Of a DNA stretch of 32,000 nucleotides, positions 23,378-32,000 are shown in pieces. The translations under genes and the position numbers were made by a program. Where the stretch lies: NCBI GenBank assembly GCA_963677105.1, contig OY781871.1:720001-752000 (forward strand), read 5' to 3'. This DNA comes from Candidatus Saccharimonadota bacterium. Its GTDB lineage: Bacteria; Patescibacteriota; Gracilibacteria; UBA4473. Positions within the stretch are counted from its first letter, which is position 1; each line of letters opens with the position of its first letter. Under the pieces are notes generated by a model, which saw only the letters and a program-made list of their open reading frames with translations, did no database searches and had not been told where the DNA came from.

Positions 23378-24121
23378 ATGTTAATTCTTGCATCGCAATC
23401 TTTTCCTCGATATGGCTTGGAGCGTTTCTTTCAATTTGCAAAAGAATTGGGGTTTAAGGCGGTTGAAATAGGAATTTCTTCAAATTTTGATACACAAAAT
23501 CCAAAATATTTACACGAATTAGAAGATCGTTTTGGAATAAAAATTTCAATAATTTCTTTGCCTGCCTCAGGTGCCGAAGAATTAATAGGAGCTTTTGAGA
23601 AAGTAGTAGCAGAATTTACGGGAATAACAGTAAATGTTTATTCTCCTGAAGTATTTTCTTCCCAATATAAAGCTTGGATGCAAAAATCATTGCCACAGCT
23701 TTGTCAGCGATATCGATTACGAATGAATCGTGTGACAGCTCCATTTAAGACAGTTTTGGGGATTATGCCAACGCGGACAGAAGGATCAATGCATTCATTG
23801 CGCGAAGCTGGAGATGTAAGTGTAGACTTGATTGCTTTATGGAAAAGTAGTGAGGATATTATGCGTGCACCAGGATTTTTGCGTGAAAAAATGAAACATA
23901 TTTATTTATCAAATGCTCAAGGAGGACAAGGTTATACACCATTAGCACACGGAGTTTTGCCAGTAGAAAGTTTTTTGACGAAACTTGCGCGTGAAGGTTA
24001 TAGCGGAGATTTTACTTTGAAAATTTCTCCATCAAATCTACACGAAGGAAATGATGAACGAATGAAAGAAGTCATAAAAGATTCAAAAGAATTTTTTGAA
24101 AAATACTTTAGAGCTGAGTAG
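23378..24121 (+). CDS. Xylose isomerase-like TIM-barrel (sugar phosphate isomerase/epimerase, AP endonuclease 2 family) protein
   Basis: 247 aa. Contains LGFKAVEIG near the N-terminus and HIYLSNAQGGQGYTPLAHGVLPVESFLTKLAREGYSGDFTLKI, which has the family pattern h.Hl.D....H.p.G.G.......l..L...gY.G....E. Confidence 0.65.
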   Translation: MLILASQSFPRYGLERFFQFAKELGFKAVEIGISSNFDTQNPKYLHELEDRFGIKISIISLPASGAEELIGAFEKVVAEFTGITVNVYSPEVFSSQYKAWMQKSLPQLCQRYRLRMNRVTAPFKTVLGIMPTRTEGSMHSLREAGDVSVDLIALWKSSEDIMRAPGFLREKMKHIYLSNAQGGQGYTPLAHGVLPVESFLTKLAREGYSGDFTLKISPSNLHEGNDERMKEVIKDSKEFFEKYFRAE

Positions 24122-24183
24122 GAAATTTAGGAATTAATAATTAAAAATATTGGAACTTTTGTTTTATTTATTATGATGCGGTC

Positions 24184-24750
24184 GTGAAATTCATTCTTAA
24201 TACGGCAATCGACCCACATTTTTGTGCTTTATTTGATGAAAAAAATGTACGAATTTTTTATCATGAGTGGAATGATCGTCGTCGTGATGGAAAAGAATTA
24301 TGGGAATTTTTAAAGAATCAGGATGTTTCTACATTTACATTCTTAGGTGGAGTTTCTGGTCCTGGTGGATTTTCGTCGCTTCGTGCAGGCGCAGGAGTTT
24401 TAAATTCTCTCGCGTTTACGACAAATCTATCAATTCATTCATTGCGTGCTGATTTTTTACAAAAAGCATTACTGAAAGAAGAAGCAGTTGAAGTGGTATT
24501 AAATTCTTTTGGAGATGGAGTTTGGATACAAAATGGAACAGAATTAATACGGAAAAAAGGGGAAGATGTGCAGCAATATTTTTCACATAAACCAGTGTGT
24601 GTGAGCTGGTTACCGGAAGAAAAACAAAAAATATTTTCTAATCCATTTTTTATAAATATGGATAATGCGCCAGAATTTCTCCTATCTTTGTTAGAAAAAG
24701 AACCAGGACATCCACAGTTTATCACTGATTACGAAGTTCCACCGGTGTAG
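24184..24750 (+). CDS. TsaB/YeaZ-like protein (t6A biosynthesis, divergent)
   Basis: 188 aa with a GTG start. FLGGVSGPGGFSSLRAGAGVLNSLAF matches the TsaB GPGSFTGLRIG...kgLA block. The protein is short and otherwise divergent. Confidence 0.5.
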   Translation: MKFILNTAIDPHFCALFDEKNVRIFYHEWNDRRRDGKELWEFLKNQDVSTFTFLGGVSGPGGFSSLRAGAGVLNSLAFTTNLSIHSLRADFLQKALLKEEAVEVVLNSFGDGVWIQNGTELIRKKGEDVQQYFSHKPVCVSWLPEEKQKIFSNPFFINMDNAPEFLLSLLEKEPGHPQFITDYEVPPV

Positions 24751-24788
24751 AGTTCAAATATCAAACTACAAACTTCAAACCGCAAAGA

Positions 24789-27700
24789 TTAAAACTTCAC
24801 AGTTTTTTGTGATGTAATTTTACTTTCTTTTCCTCTGTATTTACTCCATAGTTCCAATTTTCCAGAACCGTTTTGGGATTTCAATATTTGGAGTTGAGAA
24901 AATTTCAAAGGAGAATCAATATGTTCAGTGTTTATGATTTCGTCATTTATAATCACGTGTAATTCAATCCATTCAACATTTTCAGGAGAAGGAACGGTAA
25001 GATCGACAGAGAGTGCTTGTCGATAATTTTTTACATTTGTGATTTCTGGTGTTCGTGGAGCAAGCATTCTTTCACGTTCAAAAAATAAAGGGACAGAGCG
25101 TTCATTCATATTGTTATTCGCATCCCATGCCTTTACACTAAGCGTATGTTTTCCCAAATCTTCGCCCGTCCATAATGTGTGACGATATGGTGGAGATTGT
25201 AAAGTAGAGAGACTTTTTCCATCGAGAAGAAATTCAACAACACGAACATTTGATTGAAAATCTTGCACGCTTACCAATGCATCAATTCGGGATCGAATGG
25301 GAATACGTTGTTGTGGCACAGGTCCAAGAAAAACAATTTCTGGTCCAGTAGTGTCTGGTTGAACAGTGACTTCAATTTTTTTTATACCAGTGTTTCCAGC
25401 AGAATCTGTTGCTACAGCTTCTAATGTGTGTGTGCTTCCGTGCTTAATTGAGGCAGGAATAGTAATACTTTTTTTCCAAGGAGGTATTGAGTCTGTAGTA
25501 ATGAGTTGTCCGTCAAAAAATAATTCAATTTTATCAATAGCATTTCGTCCACTTGCAGCAAATGTTACATCGAGACGTCCAGGAGCAATTGTTCCTCCGT
25601 CTCTCGGAGAAATAATCGCTACATTTGGAGCCATTCCAGATCGAGAAACAGGATTTTGACGCGAGAGAGAAGTGCTTCTTCGTGGGTCACGTGATATAAA
25701 ATCCATTAAATCTTTAGAGGAAGAAGATCGTACAGCACCATTACTTGAAAGAAATTTTGGATGAAGTCGAAGCCATTCTTGTACGGGTTCTTCCCAATTT
25801 GGCATATCTTTCTTTTGAGAATGAAGATCGAGAATAAATTTATTTCCCGAATTTCCTAATCGAGACGTGTATTCTTTTGCTTTGTCCAAATCCATTGGCG
25901 TAGCGTAGCTCGCAAAAACTTCTTCTTTTATTAGATTCATAGGAGTTACGTCAGAAATAAGGTTTCCAGAAAGTCGATTTATTTTTATCGTTTCCAATTT
26001 TATTTCTGGATACGATTTTTCCATATCTGCACCACGTTCTTTCAATATTTCGTGTGCATCAATCATAAACTGACGCCAGACTGGAGCGGCAACTGTTAAA
26101 CCTGTAGCACCAGGTTTCATCGGTTCTCCTCGATTGTTTCCAACCCAAGCACCAGTTACCAAATGAGGTGTAAATCCAATAGTCCAACTATCTCCAGGAG
26201 CAATGATCTTTCTTGGATTTTTCTCTTCATCTTCAGGTTTTTCTTTGTCAAAATCAGGATTATCAACTTGTCGATTCGAAGTTCCAGTTTTTGCTCCATT
26301 ATCGAGATCGGGAAGTTGCAAGTATCGATTCCAATCAAATGCTTCTTCACCTTCTCCAGTTGTTGGACGAGTTGTTTCATCCGTTAAAATATTGCGAACA
26401 AGTGCCGTTGCTTCGGGATCTAATCCTTCATGTTTTTTCTTTTCTTTATTAAACGAATCAAGTACTTTTCCATTCGAATTTCTAATTTCTAAGATAAGTG
26501 TTGGTTCATACCAAGATCCGTCATTCACAAATACTTGGTATGCGTTAATATGAGAAAGAGGTTCTACTTCAGCGACACCAATTCCCATTGCAACTCCATG
26601 CATTCCCGCTTCTCCTTCGATTTGAATTCCTGCTTTTTTTGCATTTTCAAATACTTTTTTAGGAGTTGCTAAATAAGCCATCTTTACCGCAGGAATATTT
26701 AGACTTTGATTTAATGCGTTTCGTGCAGAAACAGGTCCAGCATATTCCCCATCAAAATTTTGTGGTTTATAATTTCCACCAAAATCTGTTTCAACATCAA
26801 ATAAAATCGTACTTGGTGAATATCCGGCTTCAAATCCGCTTTCATATACGAATGGTTTAAAACTTGATCCAGGTTGACGCGTTGAACCCAAAACATCAAC
26901 TTGTCCATCATGTTCAACATCGAAATAGTCTTTTCCTCCTACATACGCAAGAATTTCTCCCGAGTCAGGATCAATAGAAGTGAGTGCGACATTTTGCGCG
27001 TTATATGTTCTCAAATAATGAGCAGTTTTTGTTTCAATAGCATTTTCAGCTGCTTTTTGTAACTCAGGATCAAGTGTTGTGTAGACTTGTAATCCACCAT
27101 TTCGTAAAAACTCTTTTCCAAATTTATCTTCTAATAATTGTCGTACACGAAACACAAAGTGAGGAGCACGAATATCAGTTCTATTTGCCGTAAACTCAAT
27201 AGATTTTGCTTCAGTAAATGCAATTTGGAATTGTTCAAAGGTAATCATTCCTTCATCAAGCATTCGTTGTAACACAAGATCTTTTCGTCCTTTTTTATAC
27301 TCCTGTTGACTAGTGTTTTCATCAAATTTATAAAATCCCATCAACATTGTTTTATTTGCTCCGTAAGGAGAAAAATAAGTCGGTCGTGCTGGCAAACTCG
27401 CGAGAATAGCTGCTTCAGCAATAGTTAAGTCTCGAGAGGATTTCCCGAAAAATTTACGACTTGCTGCCTCAATTCCATGAGCGTTGTGTCCATAAGGAAT
27501 TTTATTTAAATACATTTCCATAATTTCTTTCTTGGAAAATGCGATTTCCATTTTAATGGAAAGTAATATTTCATTGAATTTTCGAGAAATAGATCGTTCG
27601 TTTGTAAGAAAAGTATTTTTCACTAATTGCTGAGTAATAGTAGATCCCCCTCGTTGTGATCCAATTCCAAATATTTCGTGTAATGCAGCTTTTATAATTC

Positions 27701-28094
27701 CACCAATATCAAATCCAAAATGATGATAAAATCCACCATCTTCAATGGCAATAGTTGCTTTCTCGACCCAAGGACTTATTTCTTCAAGCGGAATAAATTC
27801 ACGATTTTCGTCACCATGAATTGTATAGAGAACGTGATCTGTTGGATTTTCATTTGGATCAAGTGCGCCGCGATCATAAATTACTGTTGATTCAGCAAAA
27901 ATTAACTCATCATTATTTCTTACATTCGGTAGAAATAATAAAGAATATAAAACTAATATAACAAAAATTCCGCCAAAAAAGAGGAGTCCCTTTTTCCACC
28001 AAGGAAGTTGCTGGAACCATGATTGTGTTTGGCGTCTTGTTGATTTTCTCGAAAACGAACGAATATGACGTTTCATCTTGGCGACTCTACTCAA
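24789..28094 (-). CDS. ponA: Class A penicillin-binding protein (PBP1A-type transglycosylase/transpeptidase) with a C-terminal triple Ig-like extension
   Basis: N-terminal TM. GT51 motifs are EDGGFYHHFGFD, GGSTITQQLVKN and RKFNEILLSIKME. Transpeptidase motifs are SSFK (SxxK), SLN (SxN) and KTGT. The 28094 start is TTG; the ATG at 28076 (M7) is an alternative. Confidence 0.93.
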   Translation of the reverse strand: MSRVAKMKRHIRSFSRKSTRRQTQSWFQQLPWWKKGLLFFGGIFVILVLYSLLFLPNVRNNDELIFAESTVIYDRGALDPNENPTDHVLYTIHGDENREFIPLEEISPWVEKATIAIEDGGFYHHFGFDIGGIIKAALHEIFGIGSQRGGSTITQQLVKNTFLTNERSISRKFNEILLSIKMEIAFSKKEIMEMYLNKIPYGHNAHGIEAASRKFFGKSSRDLTIAEAAILASLPARPTYFSPYGANKTMLMGFYKFDENTSQQEYKKGRKDLVLQRMLDEGMITFEQFQIAFTEAKSIEFTANRTDIRAPHFVFRVRQLLEDKFGKEFLRNGGLQVYTTLDPELQKAAENAIETKTAHYLRTYNAQNVALTSIDPDSGEILAYVGGKDYFDVEHDGQVDVLGSTRQPGSSFKPFVYESGFEAGYSPSTILFDVETDFGGNYKPQNFDGEYAGPVSARNALNQSLNIPAVKMAYLATPKKVFENAKKAGIQIEGEAGMHGVAMGIGVAEVEPLSHINAYQVFVNDGSWYEPTLILEIRNSNGKVLDSFNKEKKKHEGLDPEATALVRNILTDETTRPTTGEGEEAFDWNRYLQLPDLDNGAKTGTSNRQVDNPDFDKEKPEDEEKNPRKIIAPGDSWTIGFTPHLVTGAWVGNNRGEPMKPGATGLTVAAPVWRQFMIDAHEILKERGADMEKSYPEIKLETIKINRLSGNLISDVTPMNLIKEEVFASYATPMDLDKAKEYTSRLGNSGNKFILDLHSQKKDMPNWEEPVQEWLRLHPKFLSSNGAVRSSSSKDLMDFISRDPRRSTSLSRQNPVSRSGMAPNVAIISPRDGGTIAPGRLDVTFAASGRNAIDKIELFFDGQLITTDSIPPWKKSITIPASIKHGSTHTLEAVATDSAGNTGIKKIEVTVQPDTTGPEIVFLGPVPQQRIPIRSRIDALVSVQDFQSNVRVVEFLLDGKSLSTLQSPPYRHTLWTGEDLGKHTLSVKAWDANNNMNERSVPLFFERERMLAPRTPEITNVKNYRQALSVDLTVPSPENVEWIELHVIINDEIINTEHIDSPLKFSQLQILKSQNGSGKLELWSKYRGKESKITSQKTVKF

Positions 28095-28140
28095 AACGAG
28101 TGATGATGCAACTTTTCTCGTTTCAAGTTCAAACTTATAA

Positions 28141-31100
28141 TTATCTCAACTCATATAACCTTTGTACTTCATCTGTAGAAAGAGCTCGATTGTACACTCG
28201 GACATCAGCAATATCTCCATCAAAGGGATATGTATTACTTCCATATGCTCCAATAGTTAAATTATCTAATAATTCATAGTCAGTATAATATTTGCTCTGA
28301 TGAAATACTCCATTAATGTACATTGTCACACTGTTTGTGTCGCTATCAAAAACAATTGAGATATGTGTCCAATTTTGTGTTACAGAAAAATTTCCATTCG
28401 TATCCCATGAGTTTCCTTGTATTCCCATTGCCCATTTATTGTTATATTTAGCAAAATAAGCTCTTCGATTGTCTATATTTGTTCCAAATGCAGCGAATAT
28501 TTGACTTCCTGTTATTTCATTTGCCTTGATCCACATCGAAAGGCTTAAATCATTTGTTCCAACATTATGTCCAAGTCCATAGGGAATTTTTATGTAATCA
28601 TTTCCATTAAAATTAGTTGCTCCACCCGTTTCACCATTTATTCCAGTAGAGGAAGTTGTTCCGGTAGGAGTTCCATGATAATCATAAGGAGTGATATCAG
28701 AAAACACGGAAGAGTTTGTATATCCACCAGAAAGTGGCCAATGTCCAATAAGTCCACTATTTAATGAAGGAATTTTATTCCCCATTTTTTTTCCAGTCTT
28801 GTTGTAGAGTTGAGTAATTTCTTCAATTGAAAGAATTCGATTATAAATACGCATATCAGACATTTCTCCGTCCCATGTTCCATGGTCACCTTTTCCAATA
28901 ATAAGATCATTTGAGTTTTCTAAACTATTTAAAACATCAACAGCAGTAAATTGTTGAGTCGACTTTAGAATATCGTTGAAATAAAACTGTACGGTTCCAT
29001 CGGCGGCGAGGGAAATTGTGAGCAAAAACCATTCATTATCATAAGAATCGAGACTTGTAGAGTAATTCCACATTTTATATTCTGTATTCGTTCCGTCTCC
29101 AAGAGTGAGCATGAAATATCGTCCATTTAATTTTTGCCAAACACTGTATCCGGGCGTTATTTGATTATAGTTTGGTGTTGCTTTTTTGTAGAAAATTCCA
29201 TGTCCAATATCTCCATGTTCAAGATCGTTCATCTCTGCTGTTTTGAGCCAGATAGACCAGGTCATTTCTTTTTTAAAATCTAAAACACTTGAATGAGGAA
29301 CATTTAAATAATCATTATAAACGCCATAATTGAGTGCATCTCCATCAAAACTCATTGCAGTATTTGATTCTCCGTTTACACCAGTAGTTAAGGTTGCACC
29401 ATTAATAGCTCCATGATTGTCATATGGAGTTATGTCAGCCGTTTGGCTTCCCCCTTTTCCACTTTCTTCATTCATCGGCCAATGTCCTACAAGTCCGCGC
29501 TCAAGTGATGTTTTTTTGGTTATGATAGTTGAGGGACTTTGGTTATAAAGTTGTTCAATTTCAGTGGCGGAAAGAACGCGATTATAAATGCGAAGATTTG
29601 AAATTTTTCCGTTTATATCATATGCAGAGCTAGTATGGAATTTTCCAAGAAAAATTGTTGATCCTGTATTCATATCTCCAACAGATCCAGAATAATTAGT
29701 GAGTAATTGTCCATTAACATAGACATTTAAATTATTTCCAGATGAAGTTTTTGTGATTAAAATATGATACCAAGTATTTAATTCAAAATTGTGATTATAT
29801 ATTCGATAAGACGAGGAAGATGTAGGACTGTATCCAATATATAAGGCACTAGAAGTTGTTTGTATAAAGCTATACCCATTATCTGCTCCCATATCCATCC
29901 AAACGTCGCCAAAAGCTAGGGGATTTATCCAGAAAGAGATGGTATGGGTATTATCACCAGATATTACGTTAGGGATACTAATAAAATTTCCAGTTCCATC
30001 AAAATTTGCAGCTTCTCCAATTTTTTGTGCGCCAGATAGAGTTCCATGATTTCCGTATCCAGAAATATCATTTGCACCTTTACTCAAAGGCCAAAACCCA
30101 ACAAGACCATTTTCAATATTTTTCTTTTCATAAAGATCAGTAACTTCTTCTTCAGATAAAACACGGTTGAATACTTGTGCATCAGCAATATTTCCATCAA
30201 AAAATACTTCTTGATTTGGATATGTTGAATGATGTCCTGCTCCAATAAAAAAATCATACGATTCGTACCAAGCAGTTGTTCCTTTGTGAGAAGCTGATTT
30301 TACTCCATCAAGATATAGAGTTCCAGTTACATCTTTTTGTTCTTTATATTCATTTCCATTATCAAAAGTAAGAACAGCGTGATGCCATTCTCCAGGTGTT
30401 ATGGGAGCATTAAGATTATCATACCATTCAGAGTTGGCAGTAGAATATAATCCACGAAGTCTGTCGCTATTAATTTCTAATCCAAATCCATGTGTGGAAT
30501 ATCCACGATTTTTTCCGATTATATTTTGTTTCTTTCCAACCTCATTTGTTTTGAACCAAACAGAAAAAGAAACAGCACCTCCTGGAGGAGAAAAACTATT
30601 GAAATCTCCATAATCATCTTTTCCATCAAATTTATGACCATGGTTTCGAATATCCGCACCAATAATTTTTCCTGAATTATCATGTGGACTTACGTCGGCT
30701 GTTTGGACAGGTTTTATCGAAACAGTGTCCAAGAGAAGAGAATTATTGCTTGTGGCCCGAAGATAAAGAGAACAATTTCCCGTGCTTGTAGGAGTAATTG
30801 TATAAATTTGTCTTGTCCATGTTGTTACAGCTGGAATTGTTTGTGCTCCTTCACCAGAACAGCTGGCATATAATCCGGCAGAATGCGTAACTGTATTTTT
30901 ATGCCAAAAAGAAATCTTATATTCTACGCCACTTACTACAGAAAAATTTTGAGAACGAACTCCGTAATAACTTCCACCAGTTTTTTCAATTTTTTGAGCA
31001 GATTTTCCAGAATATACATCGGAAGTTTCTTCACTTAAAGTCCCAGTACCATCTCCTTGATTATTGAAAATCCAATCATTTGCCATTCCGTCAGTAAATC

Positions 31101-31272
31101 CATCTTCAAAATCATTATTTTCCACAAGATTTGTTCCCATCGATATTGAATTTGTTGTTAATGGCCAATGTCCCATGAGTCCTTTTTGGAGAGAACTTCC
31201 AATTCCACCAGGAGCCGCAATTGCTACAAGTGGAAAGAAAATTATCGTAAGAAAGAGAGAACGGAATAACAT
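28141..31272 (-). CDS. Large secreted protein: CBM-like beta-sandwich plus four LamG (Laminin_G_3/concanavalin-like) domains
   Basis: 1043 aa. Signal peptide ends VAIAA|PGG. aa ~46-188, NLVENNDFEDGF...LLLDTVSIKP, looks like a CBM4_9-type module. Four modules each start GL(V/I)G(H/F)WP(L/M) and end F(D/N)G.I(A/S)(D/N).(R/Q)(I/V)(Y/F)NR.LS..E...LY. Confidence 0.88.
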   Translation of the reverse strand: MLFRSLFLTIIFFPLVAIAAPGGIGSSLQKGLMGHWPLTTNSISMGTNLVENNDFEDGFTDGMANDWIFNNQGDGTGTLSEETSDVYSGKSAQKIEKTGGSYYGVRSQNFSVVSGVEYKISFWHKNTVTHSAGLYASCSGEGAQTIPAVTTWTRQIYTITPTSTGNCSLYLRATSNNSLLLDTVSIKPVQTADVSPHDNSGKIIGADIRNHGHKFDGKDDYGDFNSFSPPGGAVSFSVWFKTNEVGKKQNIIGKNRGYSTHGFGLEINSDRLRGLYSTANSEWYDNLNAPITPGEWHHAVLTFDNGNEYKEQKDVTGTLYLDGVKSASHKGTTAWYESYDFFIGAGHHSTYPNQEVFFDGNIADAQVFNRVLSEEEVTDLYEKKNIENGLVGFWPLSKGANDISGYGNHGTLSGAQKIGEAANFDGTGNFISIPNVISGDNTHTISFWINPLAFGDVWMDMGADNGYSFIQTTSSALYIGYSPTSSSSYRIYNHNFELNTWYHILITKTSSGNNLNVYVNGQLLTNYSGSVGDMNTGSTIFLGKFHTSSAYDINGKISNLRIYNRVLSATEIEQLYNQSPSTIITKKTSLERGLVGHWPMNEESGKGGSQTADITPYDNHGAINGATLTTGVNGESNTAMSFDGDALNYGVYNDYLNVPHSSVLDFKKEMTWSIWLKTAEMNDLEHGDIGHGIFYKKATPNYNQITPGYSVWQKLNGRYFMLTLGDGTNTEYKMWNYSTSLDSYDNEWFLLTISLAADGTVQFYFNDILKSTQQFTAVDVLNSLENSNDLIIGKGDHGTWDGEMSDMRIYNRILSIEEITQLYNKTGKKMGNKIPSLNSGLIGHWPLSGGYTNSSVFSDITPYDYHGTPTGTTSSTGINGETGGATNFNGNDYIKIPYGLGHNVGTNDLSLSMWIKANEITGSQIFAAFGTNIDNRRAYFAKYNNKWAMGIQGNSWDTNGNFSVTQNWTHISIVFDSDTNSVTMYINGVFHQSKYYTDYELLDNLTIGAYGSNTYPFDGDIADVRVYNRALSTDEVQRLYELR
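28144..30708 (-). repeat. Four tandem LamG-type modules (protein-level repeat with DNA-level remnants)
   Basis: Module ends are VFNRVLSEEEVTDLY, IYNRVLSATEIEQLY, IYNRILSIEEITQLY and VYNRALSTDEVQRLY. The identical 11-mer GGCCAATGTCC (encoding GHWP on the minus strand) occurs at 28736, 29477 and 31163. Confidence 0.8.
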
Positions 31273-31310
31273 TGTTTTTTAGCTTAGGCTTTTACAGAAT
31301 AAAGAAATAA

Positions 31311-32000
31311 TCAGTTATGTTCTACAATTTCAAGTACATTGAGATATCCATACGAAGCATTTTCTCCAGTTGTCATTGAAATGGAAATAGTTCCATCAGC
31401 TTCAGGTGTTATGTTTGAAATAGAAACAGTGTTTGTATTGTTATACGCAGCATTTAATGAAACAGATGTGTCATTGATGGTGTATATACTTGTTCTGTCT
31501 CGAGAAGTTCTTCGAGAAGCGTAAAAAGTGAAACTATATTCTTTGTCTGTATCGAGATCTGAAAGAACTATTTCTGGAGGAGTGTGCCATCGTCTGAAAT
31601 AAAAAGAATCTCTTTTTGCTGTATTTGGGTAAGGAGATTCGATAGTGCTGTATCCAGAATTATTTCTTCCTTGGAATTGTTGAGCAATAGAAAGAGATAT
31701 GTTGCTAGTTTCTCCCAAGTCATCTACAAGCCCCACTAATTGTCCAGTTGCATAATTATCAAGATTATTCCAATTTCCAGGAGTAGTTGTACTATTTCGT
31801 CCAAAATCTATTAAATATTTCAAATCTGGACAACTCGTGCAATCTTGTCCACCACAATCAATTTTTTCTTCATCTCCATTCAAAATTCCATCATTGCATG
31901 TAGCACAAATATTAGGACAACTTCCTCCGCAATCTATCCCTGTTTCATCACCATTTTGCTCGCCATCATTACAGGTGGGAGTGTCTAATTCATTATTTAA
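31311..32000 (-). CDS. Secreted-type protein, 5'-truncated by the window edge: DCGG Cys-repeats plus a C-terminal beta-sandwich (CBM-like) domain
   Basis: The frame stays open from 31883 to position 32000; the M in the ORF track is an in-frame TTG Leu. Two copies of CNDG..NGDE..IDCGG..C are present. The C-terminal domain ends YGYLNVLEIVEHN, a malectin/CBM-like ending. Confidence 0.75.
   Translation of the reverse strand, partial: LNNELDTPTCNDGEQNGDETGIDCGGSCPNICATCNDGILNGDEEKIDCGGQDCTSCPDLKYLIDFGRNSTTTPGNWNNLDNYATGQLVGLVDDLGETSNISLSIAQQFQGRNNSGYSTIESPYPNTAKRDSFYFRRWHTPPEIVLSDLDTDKEYSFTFYASRRTSRDRTSIYTINDTSVSLNAAYNNTNTVSISNITPEADGTISISMTTGENASYGYLNVLEIVEHN
31827..31973 (-). repeat. Two tandem CNDGxxNGDExxIDCGGxxC modules
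   Basis: Hand translation gives TCNDGEQNGDETGIDCGGSCPNICATCNDGILNGDEEKIDCGGQDCTSCP. The array may continue beyond the window. Confidence 0.7.

Noticed and set aside
23139-23457. Plus-strand ORFs 23139-23378 and 23269-23457 around the divergent promoter region
   Set aside because: The first is antisense to the sigma-region-4 gene start. The second overlaps the TIM-barrel gene out of frame. Neither has motifs.
25366-26920. Multiple ORFs antisense to or out of frame within the PBP1A gene
   Set aside because: The PBP frame is continuous for 1101 codons and carries all GT51 and transpeptidase motifs.

Overview
This is a visibly AT-rich, very gene-dense bacterial chromosomal segment. It reads cleanly with the standard code: TGA acts as a stop in three ATGA stop/start overlaps. 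I can support about 30 protein genes, including two below the 60-aa ORF-track cutoff (rpmH and a 53-aa membrane ORF), two tRNAs (initiator tRNA-Met and tRNA-Ile GAU), several promoters and several terminators. There is no rRNA, CRISPR array, transposase or integrase. The housekeeping core is pcrA/uvrD, gdh, rnhB, rpmH-rnpA-yidC, a class A PBP, mntP, a ZIP transporter, a CDP-alcohol phosphatidyltransferase, a tsaB-like gene, an ECF sigma/anti-sigma pair, a PrsW-like protease and a patatin-like lipase. Both window ends look accessory and surface-directed. At the left end, two adjacent signal-peptide proteins carry tail-fibre-like motifs and Cys-rich repeats (133-2766). On the minus strand at the right end, a partial DCGG-repeat protein and a 1043-aa CBM-like + 4xLamG protein (28141 to beyond 32000) lie directly upstream of a PBP1A that carries three extra Ig-like domains. 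The best candidates for something undescribed are three. (i) A translationally coupled cassette of isochorismatase-like hydrolase, CxxC-less TrxR-like flavoprotein and N-terminally short RlmN/Cfr-like radical SAM enzyme (13682-16075). (ii) A sigma-70 region-4 domain fused to HARE-HTH-like winged helices with no region 2 (22133-23275). (iii) A ZIP transporter, ECF sigma and anti-sigma with a strikingly Met-rich ectodomain (7052-9341). Almost no gene has a Shine-Dalgarno sequence. The overall style is compatible with a small-genome uncultivated bacterium (CPR/Patescibacteria-like), but that is inference only. All family calls come from motif recognition by eye; no searches were run.
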